In this document: one piece after another, positions 50,718 to 60,935 of the stretch | Layout of the letters: each line of letters starts with the position of its first letter | Position numbering within the stretch: position 1 is the first letter of the stretch | Origin: Gammaproteobacteria bacterium | GTDB lineage: Bacteria > Pseudomonadota > Gammaproteobacteria > Arenicellales > Poriferihabitantaceae | Reading direction: 5' to 3' | Assembly (NCBI GenBank): GCA_022822625.1 | Contig: JAJEAV010000080.1 | Coordinates: 34,258-98,257, forward strand | DNA length: 64,000 nucleotides | The notes under the pieces: model-generated | Told to the model about the DNA's origin: nothing | Database searches by the model: none | The model's input: the letters and a program-made list of their open reading frames with translations, nothing else | Made by a program: the position numbers and the translations under genes

Positions 50718-52085
50718 ATGATTGGCAAACACACAGTTATTTCTAGAATGATCGAATCAAACCCCCGTGCCTATTCTCCAGAGGTGGATTGGGACAGGGA
50801 TTCGATTGTTGCGCGGCGTGAGACCTATTACGCTGCTTCCCAGCGTGCGTTTGTTCCTTACAACACCCCGCTTATATTCAAGAAGGGGCAGGATCAGTAT
50901 TTATGGGATGAGCAAGGCCGGCAGTATCTCGACTGTCTAAGTCAGAACCTGTGTGTCAGCATCGGTTATAACAATCCGGCAGTTACGGCAGCAGTCAAGC
51001 ATCAAGTTGAGTTAATCCAGCACTGTACTACCATGTTTTTCCATCCTGTTCCGGCACATTTTGCGGAGGAATTGACGCGCAAGTTTCCATCGGGGGAAGA
51101 ATGGGTGGTGCACTTCATGAACAGCGGTGCCGAGGCGATTGATTTCGCTTTGCTACTGGCTCGGTCATATACCGGAAATACCGATATCGTTTCCCTCACC
51201 AATAGTTATCATGGGGCGACTTTCGGCGCCCAGTCGGTAACCGGAATCAGCAATTTTCGTCATAATGTTCCCTTGCTGGGCGGTATCCAGTTTACTTCCA
51301 ATCCTGACCAGTATCGTGGCGTGCATGGGGCGAGTGTTGAGCCGTACCTGCAAGATCTGGAACGTACTATAAACTGTGGAACCAGTGGGAAACTGGCAGG
51401 CATGATCATTGAACCCGTACAGGGCTATGGCGGTATCGTACCATTGCCGCATGGTTATCTATCCGGAGCAGCAGACAGGGTCAGGTCATCCGGAGGTCTC
51501 CTGATCATTGACGAGGTGCAGTCTGGATTCGGCCGTACCGGTGAGGACTATTGGGCATTCAGTTCGCATGGCATCGTGCCGGATGTGATTGTGCTGGCAA
51601 AGGGTATTGGTAATGGATATCCCCTGGGAGCGGTGGTTGCAAAACGCGAAATCGCCGAATCGATGGCTCACAAGTTCTACTTCAATACCTATGGAGCAAA
51701 TCCGGTTTCCTGTTCTGCAGGTCGTGCCGTGTTGCGGGTCATTGATCAATGCAATCTGATTGAAAATGCCCGGGTCGTGGGCGCGTCCATGCTTGAGGTC
51801 CTGCACAAAATGCATGATCGCTATGAAATCATCGGAGATGTTCGGGGTCGAGGCCTGATGATGGGTGCTGAACTGGTCAAGAGCAGGGAAACACGCGAAC
51901 CGGCTGTCGAAGAAATGCATGCACTGTTTCAGCTGACACGCAAATATGGACTTGTTGCAAGCAAGTCCGGAACCCACAAGAATGTACTGCGAATTTGTCC
52001 GCCACTTTGCATACAGATGGCCGATGTTGATTTCTTTGAGGAGGCAATCAGCAACAGTTTTGAAGAACTTTACGAGCAATTCTGA
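50718..52085 (+). CDS. Class-III PLP aminotransferase (omega-aminotransferase / AGXT2-like)
   Basis: IIDEVQSGFGRTGEDYWAF and VLAKGIGNGYPLGAV (PLP-Lys). Size is 455 aa. Confidence 0.85.
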   Translation: MIGKHTVISRMIESNPRAYSPEVDWDRDSIVARRETYYAASQRAFVPYNTPLIFKKGQDQYLWDEQGRQYLDCLSQNLCVSIGYNNPAVTAAVKHQVELIQHCTTMFFHPVPAHFAEELTRKFPSGEEWVVHFMNSGAEAIDFALLLARSYTGNTDIVSLTNSYHGATFGAQSVTGISNFRHNVPLLGGIQFTSNPDQYRGVHGASVEPYLQDLERTINCGTSGKLAGMIIEPVQGYGGIVPLPHGYLSGAADRVRSSGGLLIIDEVQSGFGRTGEDYWAFSSHGIVPDVIVLAKGIGNGYPLGAVVAKREIAESMAHKFYFNTYGANPVSCSAGRAVLRVIDQCNLIENARVVGASMLEVLHKMHDRYEIIGDVRGRGLMMGAELVKSRETREPAVEEMHALFQLTRKYGLVASKSGTHKNVLRICPPLCIQMADVDFFEEAISNSFEELYEQF

Positions 52086-52832
52086 TTCGGCAAATCCGAA
52101 TTCATACTGGTCTACGTATCATAAACATGCGGCTACAGCGCAATTGCACGCCAGCAACAACAGGCATTTCCGACCGGTTGTGGATATTGTCAATTTTACA
52201 TCCGGGTCAGGCTACCCTGGATTACCAGCCGGTACTGGTTGCCTGACTTCCTGCCGCCAGGCGGCCGATCATTGAACATCCGTGAAAGTCCTGCGATACA
52301 ACCACGCAGTCCCGCCGGCACCGTGCTTTCACCGGATTCCTTATCTCGCTCATTTCGTATGCGGGTCATTCCGGACATGTTGTTGGTTCCAGCATAGAGG
52401 CAGGCCTCCCGTCCGATAGTCGTGAGTCAGGAAACCCCAGTCTGAAGGCGTTGAAGACTCGTCAGACTGTTTGTTCCTGATTGAGCAAATATTTGTTTCT
52501 CAAAGTGGTTTCATAGTGAGATTCCTGTTGACTATCGAAACTTTTACAGCCTTGTGAGACCACATTATTTACTTGAAATCATACCCTCATTCCGGTACCT
52601 TCAGGAATATACATAACCATAACTTCCGAGTCTCATGCGCGGTGAAAAGACGCATCGACTGAGGTGGTTACTGATGCCACAATCTCAAGAGACAATGGTC
52701 AAGGCCCGAATTTTTGCTGTTTGCTGGTACCGATGACTTCTGAACCACAAATACGATGGATCATGGAATTCGGATCCGCTGAAAATAAATACGACATTCA
52801 GGCCTGCCAGCAAATTTGCCTTGAAATCTACC

Positions 52833-53513
52833 ATGAAACATTCTAGGGAAATCTCCGAACAACGTGTTCAGGGTGTCGGAATGACCTCAATGCGAACACG
52901 AAAGCGCCTGATTGACCGTCTGAGGAGAGAGGGCATTGCCAATGAAAAGGTGCTTGAAGTCATGCTGAATACCCCACGTCACTTGTTCATTAGTGAGGGG
53001 CTGGAGCACAATGCCTACGACAATACTCCGCTTCCAATTGGCAATGACCAGACCATTTCCCAACCTTATATTGTGGCTCTCATGACCGAGTTATTGCTTG
53101 GCGATCGAGATTGTCTGGACAAGGTTCTGGAAATTGGCACGGGCTGCGGCTACCAGAGTGCAATCCTGTCAAAATTTGCAAAACAGGTCTATTCAGTTGA
53201 AAGGATTCGCGAATTGCAGCTTGATGCCCGTCGGCTACTCAAGCAGCTTGGGTACAACAACATCAATCTCATGAGCGGGGACGGCTTCCAGGGCTGGACA
53301 ACCTACCAGCCATATGACGGGATTGTCGTTACGGCAGCCCCCCGTGAAATCCCTCAGGCCCTGCTCAAGCAACTTGCGCACAGGGGGCGTCTGGTAATAC
53401 CGGTCGGCGATGCCAGGCAGACTTTAAGGGTTGTAACCCGAACGCTCACCGGTTTTCATGAAACCACTCATCTCGCCGTTCGGTTTGTACCGATGCTCCA
53501 GGGCAGGGCGTGA
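52833..53513 (+). CDS. pcm: Protein-L-isoaspartate O-methyltransferase
   Basis: QTISQPYIVALMTELL and the SAM motif VLEIGTGCGYQSAIL. The track start at 52821 is TTG, so ATG 52833 is listed. Confidence 0.9.
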   Translation: MKHSREISEQRVQGVGMTSMRTRKRLIDRLRREGIANEKVLEVMLNTPRHLFISEGLEHNAYDNTPLPIGNDQTISQPYIVALMTELLLGDRDCLDKVLEIGTGCGYQSAILSKFAKQVYSVERIRELQLDARRLLKQLGYNNINLMSGDGFQGWTTYQPYDGIVVTAAPREIPQALLKQLAHRGRLVIPVGDARQTLRVVTRTLTGFHETTHLAVRFVPMLQGRA

Positions 53514-54104
53514 ATGATGAAACTATTCGGTCCCCTGTATGCTACTGTTCTCAGATGGTCAAGACACCCCAAAGCAGTCTGGTATTTAGGTGGCGTCAGT
53601 TTTATTGAGTCCTCGTTCTTTCCTGTGCCAACCTCATTCATGCTGGCACCCATGGTGCTGGCAGAGCGACTCCAGGCCTGGCGGCTGGCACTTGTTTGTA
53701 CTGTCACCTCATCCCTTGGCGGGCTGTTTGGCTATTTGGTCGGTTACCTCTTGTTTGAACAGGTCGGTATTCATATCCTGGAGTTCTATAATCTGCAACA
53801 GCAGTTCGAATCCATGCAGATTTGGTACAGGGAATATGGTGTCTGGCTACTTTTTCTTTCGGGATTGACCCCAATACCCTATAAACTGTTTACTATTGCA
53901 TCAGGAACCCTGGGAATGGCGATTATTCCGTTTTTTCTGGTTTCACTGGCTGGACGCGGCTCCCAGTTTTTTCTGGTAGCAGCACTGGTTCGGTGGGGAG
54001 GAGAGAAATTTGAGCCGACGCTCAATCAACACATCGAGAAGATAGGATGGTTGTTGCTTGCAGTTGGCGTGGGCTGTTTTCTGGCATTGAGACTGTTCGA
54101 ATGA
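53514..54104 (+). CDS. YqaA/DedA-related (SNARE-associated-domain) inner-membrane protein
   Basis: The N-terminus LRWSRHPKAVWYLGGVSFIESSFFPVPTSFMLAPM is typical of YqaA-type proteins. The ATG directly follows the pcm stop. Confidence 0.7.
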   Translation: MMKLFGPLYATVLRWSRHPKAVWYLGGVSFIESSFFPVPTSFMLAPMVLAERLQAWRLALVCTVTSSLGGLFGYLVGYLLFEQVGIHILEFYNLQQQFESMQIWYREYGVWLLFLSGLTPIPYKLFTIASGTLGMAIIPFFLVSLAGRGSQFFLVAALVRWGGEKFEPTLNQHIEKIGWLLLAVGVGCFLALRLFE

Positions 54105-54853
54105 AGCCGCTTGTTTCAATATTACTGTTGATGTCCCTATTGGCTGGATGCAGCAGTTCCAATCTGATAGATATTCCGATTACCGATCAGGGAAAGTACC
54201 AGTATACGCCGAAAATTTATACTGTTCAGAAGGGCGATACGCTGTATGGCATTTCCTGGGCGTTCGGACTGGATTACAAGCAGGTAGCGCAGTGGAACGG
54301 TATCAGTGCGCCTTACATCATACACATTGGTGATCAGATACACCTGTATTCGAAAGAGCAGAAAAATACGACAAATACCAAGCCGCTTGTATTGACCAGC
54401 CTGCCCGGGCGGATACAGCCAGCCAGGACCAAAGCCGCTGCAGCACCGGTAGAGAAAAACATTGTCACCCCAGTTGCAGCAGCTTCAGGAAAGTGGTCCT
54501 GGCCAGCGCAGGGCAAGCTGGTTGGCAGGTTTTCGCCCAAGGCCGGAAATAAAGGCATACAGATTACCGGTACGGAAGGCTCACCGATCCGGGCCACATC
54601 CAGTGGCCAGGTTGTCTATGCGGGGGAAGGTCTGCGTGGTTATGGTAAACTTATCATCATTAAGCACTCATCCGAGTATATCAGTGCCTATGCGCACAAC
54701 AGGGAAATCTTGGTCAGAGAAGGCCAGACCATTAATTCCGGTCAGCAGATCGCAAGCATGGGTCAAACCGATACCAACACCCCAATGCTGCATTTTGAGA
54801 TCAGGAAAAGTGGTGATCCGGTTGATCCGATAAAATTATTGAATCAGTTATGA
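54101..54853 (+). CDS. nlpD: Murein hydrolase activator NlpD (LysM + M23 peptidase domain), lipoprotein
   Basis: Lipobox LLAGC, LysM YTVQKGDTLYGISWAFGLDYKQVAQWNGI and M23 blocks GIQITGTEGSPIRATSSGQVVYAG...AYAHN...MLHFEIR. The ATGA overlaps the upstream stop. Confidence 0.9.
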   Translation: MKPLVSILLLMSLLAGCSSSNLIDIPITDQGKYQYTPKIYTVQKGDTLYGISWAFGLDYKQVAQWNGISAPYIIHIGDQIHLYSKEQKNTTNTKPLVLTSLPGRIQPARTKAAAAPVEKNIVTPVAAASGKWSWPAQGKLVGRFSPKAGNKGIQITGTEGSPIRATSSGQVVYAGEGLRGYGKLIIIKHSSEYISAYAHNREILVREGQTINSGQQIASMGQTDTNTPMLHFEIRKSGDPVDPIKLLNQL

Positions 54854-54882
54854 GTTGACTTCGAGGAGTCGGTTTCGAGAGA

Positions 54883-55902
54883 ATGGCAATACAGGAAGCG
54901 ATAAAACAGGTGGCGACCGGTAAAGACCTGAGTCGCCTTGAGATGCAGAGTGTCATGCGCATCATGATGTCAGGCGAGGCGACTGATGCACAATTCGGCG
55001 CGTTCCTGACGGCCATGAAAATCAAGGGTGAGACGATGGAAGAAATCACCGGTGCTGCAACCATCATGCGCGAACTTTCCGAAAAGGTAGTCACCAGGCA
55101 GGAAAAAGTGGTGGACTGTGTCGGTACCGGAGGGGATGGTGCAAGACTGCTGAATGTCTCTACTGCAAGTGCAATCGTTGCTTCGGTTTCTGGACTTACC
55201 ATGGCCAAGCATGGCAGTCGTGCTGCCACCGGCAAATCCGGTAGTGCGGATATGCTTGAAGCTGCCGGGGTCAATATACGAATCAATGCTGAACAGGTCG
55301 GACAGTGCATTGATGAATGCGGGATCGGCTTCATGTTTGCCCCGACGCACCACACGGCCATGCGATATGGCATTGGTCCTCGGAAACAAATCGGAATTCG
55401 AACCATATTCAATATGCTGGGGCCCTTGACCAACCCTGCAGGAGCCCGTTTCCAGTTGGCGGGAGTATTCAGCCAGAGTCTTGTCCGTCCCATGGCCGAG
55501 GCCTATGCTGAACTCGGATCGGAACATACCCTGGTGGTTTGTTCCGATGATGGGCTGGATGAAATTTCGATAGCAGCGCCCACCCGGGTTGCCGAATATG
55601 CTGGTGGAAAGGTCAAGGAATACCAGATTGAACCAGAGCATTTCGGATTTGAACGCTCATCAATTGAAGATCTGATGGTTGAGAATGCTCTGGACTCCCT
55701 GGAAAAAGTCCGAAACGTCCTGAATGGCAAGAAGGGGCCTGCCTATGATATTGTTGCATTCAATGCGGGTGCGACTATCTACGCGGGGGATGGGGTGGAT
55801 ACTCTCACAGAAGGTATTGAACTTGCCCGCAGCATTCTCGATAGCGGTAAAGGCAATCACAAATTCGATCAACTGATCGATTATTCCAATTCGTTTGCAT
55901 GA
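54883..55902 (+). CDS. trpD: Anthranilate phosphoribosyltransferase
   Basis: DCVGTGGDGARLLNVSTA, MAKHGSRAATGKSGSADMLEA and NMLGPLTNP. Confidence 0.9.
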   Translation: MAIQEAIKQVATGKDLSRLEMQSVMRIMMSGEATDAQFGAFLTAMKIKGETMEEITGAATIMRELSEKVVTRQEKVVDCVGTGGDGARLLNVSTASAIVASVSGLTMAKHGSRAATGKSGSADMLEAAGVNIRINAEQVGQCIDECGIGFMFAPTHHTAMRYGIGPRKQIGIRTIFNMLGPLTNPAGARFQLAGVFSQSLVRPMAEAYAELGSEHTLVVCSDDGLDEISIAAPTRVAEYAGGKVKEYQIEPEHFGFERSSIEDLMVENALDSLEKVRNVLNGKKGPAYDIVAFNAGATIYAGDGVDTLTEGIELARSILDSGKGNHKFDQLIDYSNSFA

Positions 55903-56092
55903 AGCAGACTGGCCTGAATGATTCAACATTCAGTCACCAGTCACCAGTAAGCAGTTCATACTCGTCGTTTCCGCTGCCTTCATGTCTGAACAGTTCACTT
56001 CCCCGCTATAGTGAAGCAATTATCGACGTATACCTGGCCTGAATCCGGAGTAAGAAAATGTGGTGATATCTTTCGAATTCGAGGCATCCTGG

Positions 56093-56986
56093 CTAGATCT
56101 TCTCCCGCAATCCCGGATTCGACTTCTGAACCAGATATATACCGATCAATACCAGTGCCAGTGATCCGAACAATTTCCAGCTGGAGGGTTCACCGAGCAG
56201 CCATATTCCCCAAAATCCGCCAAGAATCGGTATCAGGTAATTTATTTGTGAAAAGGTAGATGCCCCGAGTCGCCTGATCAAGCGAAAATACATGAGGGTT
56301 GCAAGCGCAGTTGGAAACAAACCCAGAACCAGCGTTGCACTCATGGAACTGATTGTCGGTTGGATGTGCAGGGGGTTTTCAAAAACAAGAGCAAGGATCA
56401 GGCTGAAGAGGGCTCCGGCGGTCATGGTCCCGGTCGCAAGTGCACGGATGCCAGTGGGCTGATGGTGGCGGATGTATATCGTGCACAGGGCATAGCAGAT
56501 TGCGCCGCCCAGTACACCGAGTTGTCCGAGAATATCCTGTTGCAGGTGAGAAAATGTAGCAAATCCAACCAGCAGCAGGAGCCCGAGAAAACAGATGCCT
56601 ACACCCAGTGTCTTGGTGCGGTTGAGCGGTTCATCAGGAATCAGCCAGTGTGCAAGAAATACCACGACCACTGGCATAATGCCCATCAGGATTGCCGCCA
56701 ATGAACTGCTGATACGGGTTTCTCCCCAGCTGATCAAGGTATAGGGGAAGCAATGCCCAAGCAGGGCTACGACCAGATAAATGGTCAAGGCTTCAGTATT
56801 CAAGGGGAGTTTTTCTCGGGTTACAGCGAGATATATCCAGAACACGATTGCTGCGATGCAGAGTCTCGCTGCGGTCAGGGTGTGGGGTGGTATGGTTTCA
56901 ACACTGATTTTGATGAGCAGAAAAGACGAACTCCAGATCACGGCAAGGAAAAGAAAAAATCCAGAGTCTATAATATTATTTCGCAT
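56093..56986 (-). CDS. EamA/DMT-superfamily transporter
   Basis: Polytopic EamA pattern. The track ORF extends to 57208 but its first 74 aa are non-membrane and overlap the next gene, so ATG 56986 (MRNNIIDSGFFLF...) is used. Confidence 0.7.
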   Translation of the reverse strand: MRNNIIDSGFFLFLAVIWSSSFLLIKISVETIPPHTLTAARLCIAAIVFWIYLAVTREKLPLNTEALTIYLVVALLGHCFPYTLISWGETRISSSLAAILMGIMPVVVVFLAHWLIPDEPLNRTKTLGVGICFLGLLLLVGFATFSHLQQDILGQLGVLGGAICYALCTIYIRHHQPTGIRALATGTMTAGALFSLILALVFENPLHIQPTISSMSATLVLGLFPTALATLMYFRLIRRLGASTFSQINYLIPILGGFWGIWLLGEPSSWKLFGSLALVLIGIYLVQKSNPGLREKI

Positions 56987-57018
56987 GACGAGTCTTGATA
57001 ATCTGATCGAATCGACAA

Positions 57019-57780
57019 ATGGAACCCATGCCAGAACCTTGCCCAACCCACATCTATGACATCCATAATGCCAACGGCAAAGCCCCGTTATTGATTGGTT
57101 GCGATCATGCCGAAAACCGTATTCCGGAGAATCTTTCGAATCTGGGGCTGGAACCGGAACATCTTGAGAGTCATATTGCCCTTGATGTTGGTGCCAAGTC
57201 GGTATCAATGTTGCTGTCGGAGATGTTTGATGCTCCCTTGATCATGGCGTGTTATTCGCGTCTGGTTGTTGACCTGAATCGCTATCCACACGATCCTGCG
57301 TTGATTCTCAATACCTCTGACGGTATTTCGATTCCCGGAAATATGAACCTTGACATGGCTTCTCGTCAAGAACGTATTGATACTTTTTTTGCCCCCTATC
57401 ACAGAAAATACGCAGAAATGGCCAGAAATATGATGGGGCGTCATGATGCCCCCCTGCTTCTGGCCCTGCACAGTTTCTCGCCGATATATGAAGGGCAGCA
57501 ACGTCCATGGCATTATGGGGTGATGTGGGATGAATATCCAGGAAATGTCAAGGAACCGCTCCTTGAAGGCTTGAATAGCGTGGATGGACTGATGATTGGA
57601 GACAACAAGCCTTATGCCGGTCATTCACCCCAGGGCTATGCACATGTTGAACATGGACACAAGAATAACATGCGGGTGGCACTGCTTGAAATTCGTCAGG
57701 ACCTGATCGGCAAGCCGGTTGATCAAGAGCGTTCAGCAGAGTTGCTTTACAGGGTATTCAAGGACATTATTCCAGTTTGA
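57019..57780 (+). CDS. N-formylglutamate amidohydrolase (FGase, PF05013-like) family protein
   Basis: LLIGCDHAENRIP, VVDLNR and ALHSFSP are blocks typical of the family. Confidence 0.7.
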   Translation: MEPMPEPCPTHIYDIHNANGKAPLLIGCDHAENRIPENLSNLGLEPEHLESHIALDVGAKSVSMLLSEMFDAPLIMACYSRLVVDLNRYPHDPALILNTSDGISIPGNMNLDMASRQERIDTFFAPYHRKYAEMARNMMGRHDAPLLLALHSFSPIYEGQQRPWHYGVMWDEYPGNVKEPLLEGLNSVDGLMIGDNKPYAGHSPQGYAHVEHGHKNNMRVALLEIRQDLIGKPVDQERSAELLYRVFKDIIPV

Positions 57781-57785
57781 GTCAG

Positions 57786-58451
57786 ATGAAGATGAAACTT
57801 GTTATCGGGAATCAGAATTATTCCACCTGGTCGATGCGCCCCTGGTTATTTGCTTCCTATCACGATCTTGACATCGAGGTTGAGAAACTCTCCCTCAATA
57901 ATCTGTCTGCCATCCAGAAGCGCTTTGCGCACGGCAAGGTGCCGGTTCTGATCGATGGTTCACTGGAGATTTGGGACAGTATGGCGATTCTCGAATATCT
58001 CTCGGAAACATATCCGGATACCCGGGGTTGGCCACAAGAGGCAAGTGCAAGGGCAGTTGCACGATCGGTATCAGCAGAAATGCACTCGAGCTTTCAGGCA
58101 CTGAGGGCGGAGTTGCCCATGAATTGCCGGAAGTATTTTCCAGGCTACAGGCTCAGCAATACGGCAATGGAAGATGTCAGGCGCATTCAGCAAATCTGGA
58201 ATTTTTGTCGTGAAAAATATGGTGGCAGTGGCCCTTGGCTATTTGGTCGATTTGGGATCGCTGATTCGATGTATGCACCGGTTGTGATGCGATTTCGAAG
58301 TATGGATGTAAAACTCGACCGGGTGAGTCAGGAGTATTGCCTTGCCGTGCGTGAATGTGAGACGGTCAAGAAGTGGCTTGTCGAGGCATCCAGCGAGGCC
58401 GAGATCGTAGACGCAGATGAGATTGACCATCCATCAGTTGCATTATCCTGA
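57786..58451 (+). CDS. Glutathione S-transferase family protein
   Basis: Thioredoxin-like N-domain (KLVIGNQNYSTWSMRPW...KVPVLIDG...IWDSMAILEYL) and a helical C-domain. The track start at 57777 is TTG and overlaps the upstream stop. Confidence 0.75.
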   Translation: MKMKLVIGNQNYSTWSMRPWLFASYHDLDIEVEKLSLNNLSAIQKRFAHGKVPVLIDGSLEIWDSMAILEYLSETYPDTRGWPQEASARAVARSVSAEMHSSFQALRAELPMNCRKYFPGYRLSNTAMEDVRRIQQIWNFCREKYGGSGPWLFGRFGIADSMYAPVVMRFRSMDVKLDRVSQEYCLAVRECETVKKWLVEASSEAEIVDADEIDHPSVALS

Positions 58452-58667
58452 TCATTGGTCGGGAACGGGAAAACGATGAATATTCAACACATGACCAGTA
58501 GCCCGCATTTATGGCTGTATTCTGCTTGCCCACAGATATAAGTTCAGATTCCCGGATTGGGAATGGATTCGATGGTCACATATGTCGATTGTAGAAGGAG
58601 ATAAACTGTCCAATCAGTTTCGTCTAGCCGTTACAATCGGAAATACTGGATTCAGGTAAAGAGAACC

Positions 58668-59741
58668 TTGTCAGGCAACACATTCGGAAAACTATTTTCA
58701 GTCACGACTTTTGGCGAGAGCCATGGCCCGGCTCTGGGCGGGACCGTCGATGGGTGCCCGCCAGGACTTGAATTGAATGAGGATATGCTTCAGGTCGATC
58801 TGGACCGACGCAAGCCAGGTCAGTCAAGATTCACCACTCAGCGTCGTGAAGGCGACAAGGTGGAAATTCTATCGGGGGTTTTTGAAGGCAGGACCACAGG
58901 AACTCCGATCGGATTGTTAATTCGTAATGAGGATGCCCGTTCAAGAGATTATGCAAAGATCAAGGATCGGTTTCGCCCCGGACATGCCGATTACACCTAT
59001 ACCGGAAAATACGGTTTCAGGGATTATCGCGGAGGAGGGCGATCGTCGGCCAGGGAGACTGCGATACGGGTTGCCGCCGGGTCCATCGCCAAGGCTTATC
59101 TGACTACTCATTACCAGGTAAGTATTCGAGCGTGTGTATATCAGATTGGAAAACGGTCTATTGAAATCCGGGATTGGCAAACTGTCAACCGGAATGCCTT
59201 TTTCGTTGCGGATGAGCAGGCAGTGCCTGAGCTGGAAGGATTGATTGGGCAGGCACGTCGAGATGGAGATTCTCTTGGTGCAGGGGTATACGTGGAAGCA
59301 CTGGGAGTACCGGTTGGCTGGGGAGAACCGGTATTTGATCGATTGGATGCCGACATTGCCAAAGCCTTGATGAGTATCAACGCGGCCAAAGGGGTGGAAA
59401 TTGGGTCCGGGTTTGAGTCCATCAATCAACCCGGGTCGGTGCATCGGGATGAGGTCACCCCCGAGGGGTTTCTATCCAATAATTCCGGGGGGGTATTGGG
59501 AGGTATTTCGAGCGGACAGGTGGTTACGGCAAGAGTTGCGTTTAAGCCAACTTCCAGTATACAGGTGCCTGGCAAGACGGTTAATGTTGATAATCAACCG
59601 GTCGATATTTCAACAACAGGTCGCCACGACCCGTGTGTGGGTATTCGAGGAGTACCGATTGTTGAGGCGATGCTTGCATTGACCCTGATGGACCATGCCC
59701 TGCGGCATCGGGCACAGAATATACCCGAGTTCCGCGAATAG
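58668..59741 (+). CDS. aroC: Chorismate synthase
   Basis: [30 protein letters not shown] and [12 protein letters not shown] start is consistent with the conserved N-terminus. Confidence 0.93.
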   Translation: MSGNTFGKLFSVTTFGESHGPALGGTVDGCPPGLELNEDMLQVDLDRRKPGQSRFTTQRREGDKVEILSGVFEGRTTGTPIGLLIRNEDARSRDYAKIKDRFRPGHADYTYTGKYGFRDYRGGGRSSARETAIRVAAGSIAKAYLTTHYQVSIRACVYQIGKRSIEIRDWQTVNRNAFFVADEQAVPELEGLIGQARRDGDSLGAGVYVEALGVPVGWGEPVFDRLDADIAKALMSINAAKGVEIGSGFESINQPGSVHRDEVTPEGFLSNNSGGVLGGISSGQVVTARVAFKPTSSIQVPGKTVNVDNQPVDISTTGRHDPCVGIRGVPIVEAMLALTLMDHALRHRAQNIPEFRE

Positions 59742-59786
59742 TCCAATCGCTGGAAAACTGTCAATTTCCAGGTTGCCTGAATAAAG

Positions 59787-60548
59787 ATGGATGTCAAGAC
59801 ATCGAAAGTTGCCGTAGTGACCGGGGCTGGAAGTGGAGTTGGAAGAGCGGTTGCCCTGGCCTTGTTTCAGGAAGGATATCGGGTTGCACTGTTGGGAAGA
59901 AGGCTGGAGCCCCTGATTGAGACCGCTACCATGGCACGGGCCCGGGATATGGAATATCTTGTGAAGTCTTGTGATGTCAGTATTCCTGGGCAGGTTCGGG
60001 CAGCATTTTCTGAAGTTGAAAAGCAGTTCTTGAGACTTGATCTGCTATTTAACAATGCCGGAACAGGTGCGCGCGCAGTACCGATCGATGAATTGAGTGT
60101 CGAGGAATGGCAGGCGGTGGTAGGCATTAATCTTACAGGCAGTTTCCTGTGCGCCAGGGAAGCGATTCGTCTGATGAAGCAGCAACGGCCGAAAGGAGGG
60201 CGAATTATCAACAATGGATCAATTTCGGCTCATACTCCAAGGTTGTATTCGGTGCCTTATACCTCAACGAAGCATGCGATAAGTGGACTTACAAAATCGC
60301 TTGCACTGGAGGGGCGTGAGCATGGCATCTCCTGCGGGCAGATTGATATTGGCAATGCGGCGACCCCAATGACTGAAAGAATGAAGATGGGAGTATTGCA
60401 GGCAGATGGGAGGGAGGCAATCGAGCCAACCATGAATGTCGATAATGTGGCCCGGGCAGTGCTGTATATGGATAGTTTGCCTCTTGAGGAGAGCGTATTA
60501 TTCATGACCGTAATGGCCAATCAGATGCCTTTTGTTGGACGCGGTTAG
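59787..60548 (+). CDS. Short-chain dehydrogenase/reductase (SDR)
   Basis: [13 protein letters not shown] (TGxxxGxG), NNAG and [13 protein letters not shown] (YxxxK). Confidence 0.85.
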   Translation: MDVKTSKVAVVTGAGSGVGRAVALALFQEGYRVALLGRRLEPLIETATMARARDMEYLVKSCDVSIPGQVRAAFSEVEKQFLRLDLLFNNAGTGARAVPIDELSVEEWQAVVGINLTGSFLCAREAIRLMKQQRPKGGRIINNGSISAHTPRLYSVPYTSTKHAISGLTKSLALEGREHGISCGQIDIGNAATPMTERMKMGVLQADGREAIEPTMNVDNVARAVLYMDSLPLEESVLFMTVMANQMPFVGRG

Positions 60549-60831
60549 GTTGATGGTGCCTGTTGAAGCAGTCGATTGACAATGCTTGTCACGATTGCCG
60601 AACACGATTATAAAGTTCCAGTGTCTTTTCTCCTTGTAATGAAGGACGATCGCGAACTCGTCAACATTCAGTTTCCTGATTCAGAACTCGTCTGAACTGC
60701 CTCATGATAATCCGAATTATGGACGCAAGTCCTATTGTCAATGACAGGTGATGCATGACTCTTGAAAACAAGTTGAACATCACGAATCAGGTGGCCTCGC
60801 AATAGGTTGATTTCGGAAAATGCATTTTTCG

Positions 60832-60907
60832 GATGCGGAATTTGTGGCTCACATATGAGCCGCAAATCAATTTGTGACTCATAAAAGAGAAAATATGAGC
60901 CACAAAT
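60832..60907. repeat. Cluster of four 12-mer half-sites (ATTTGYGRCTCA and complement) forming two palindromes upstream of fic; includes 36-bp repeat copy 1
   Basis: ATTTGTGGCTCA (60840-60851) pairs with TGAGCCGCAAAT (60856-60867). ATTTGTGACTCA (60870-60881) pairs with TGAGCCACAAAT (60896-60907). The segment 60832-60867 recurs exactly at 62095-62130. Confidence 0.85.
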
Positions 60908-60935
60908 ATTGTAAAATTCAACCCATCTTAATCGC

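Noticed and set aside
51486-52079. 197-aa minus-strand ORF
   Set aside because: It is antisense to the class-III aminotransferase, whose PLP motifs are clear on the plus strand.
52196-52380. Possible cobalamin riboswitch or SRP RNA on the minus strand (GGAAUCCGGUGAAAG..., AAGUCAGGCAACCAG)
   Set aside because: It has only a partial resemblance to the B12-box and the GGUGxxAAxCC region. The CCCGCCACUG element and the SRP GGAAGCAGCC motif are absent. No minus-strand gene lies downstream for it to control. I kept it only as an unclassified structured region.
54801-55641. Two long minus-strand ORFs (230 aa and 223 aa)
   Set aside because: They are antisense to trpD and the nlpD 3' end. They match no family, and trpD motifs are unambiguous on the plus strand.
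56987-57208. N-terminal 74-aa extension of the third EamA transporter in the ORF track
   Set aside because: The extension is hydrophilic and His/Cys-rich, and it overlaps the convergently arranged FGase-family gene start. An internal ATG directly precedes the first TM helix.
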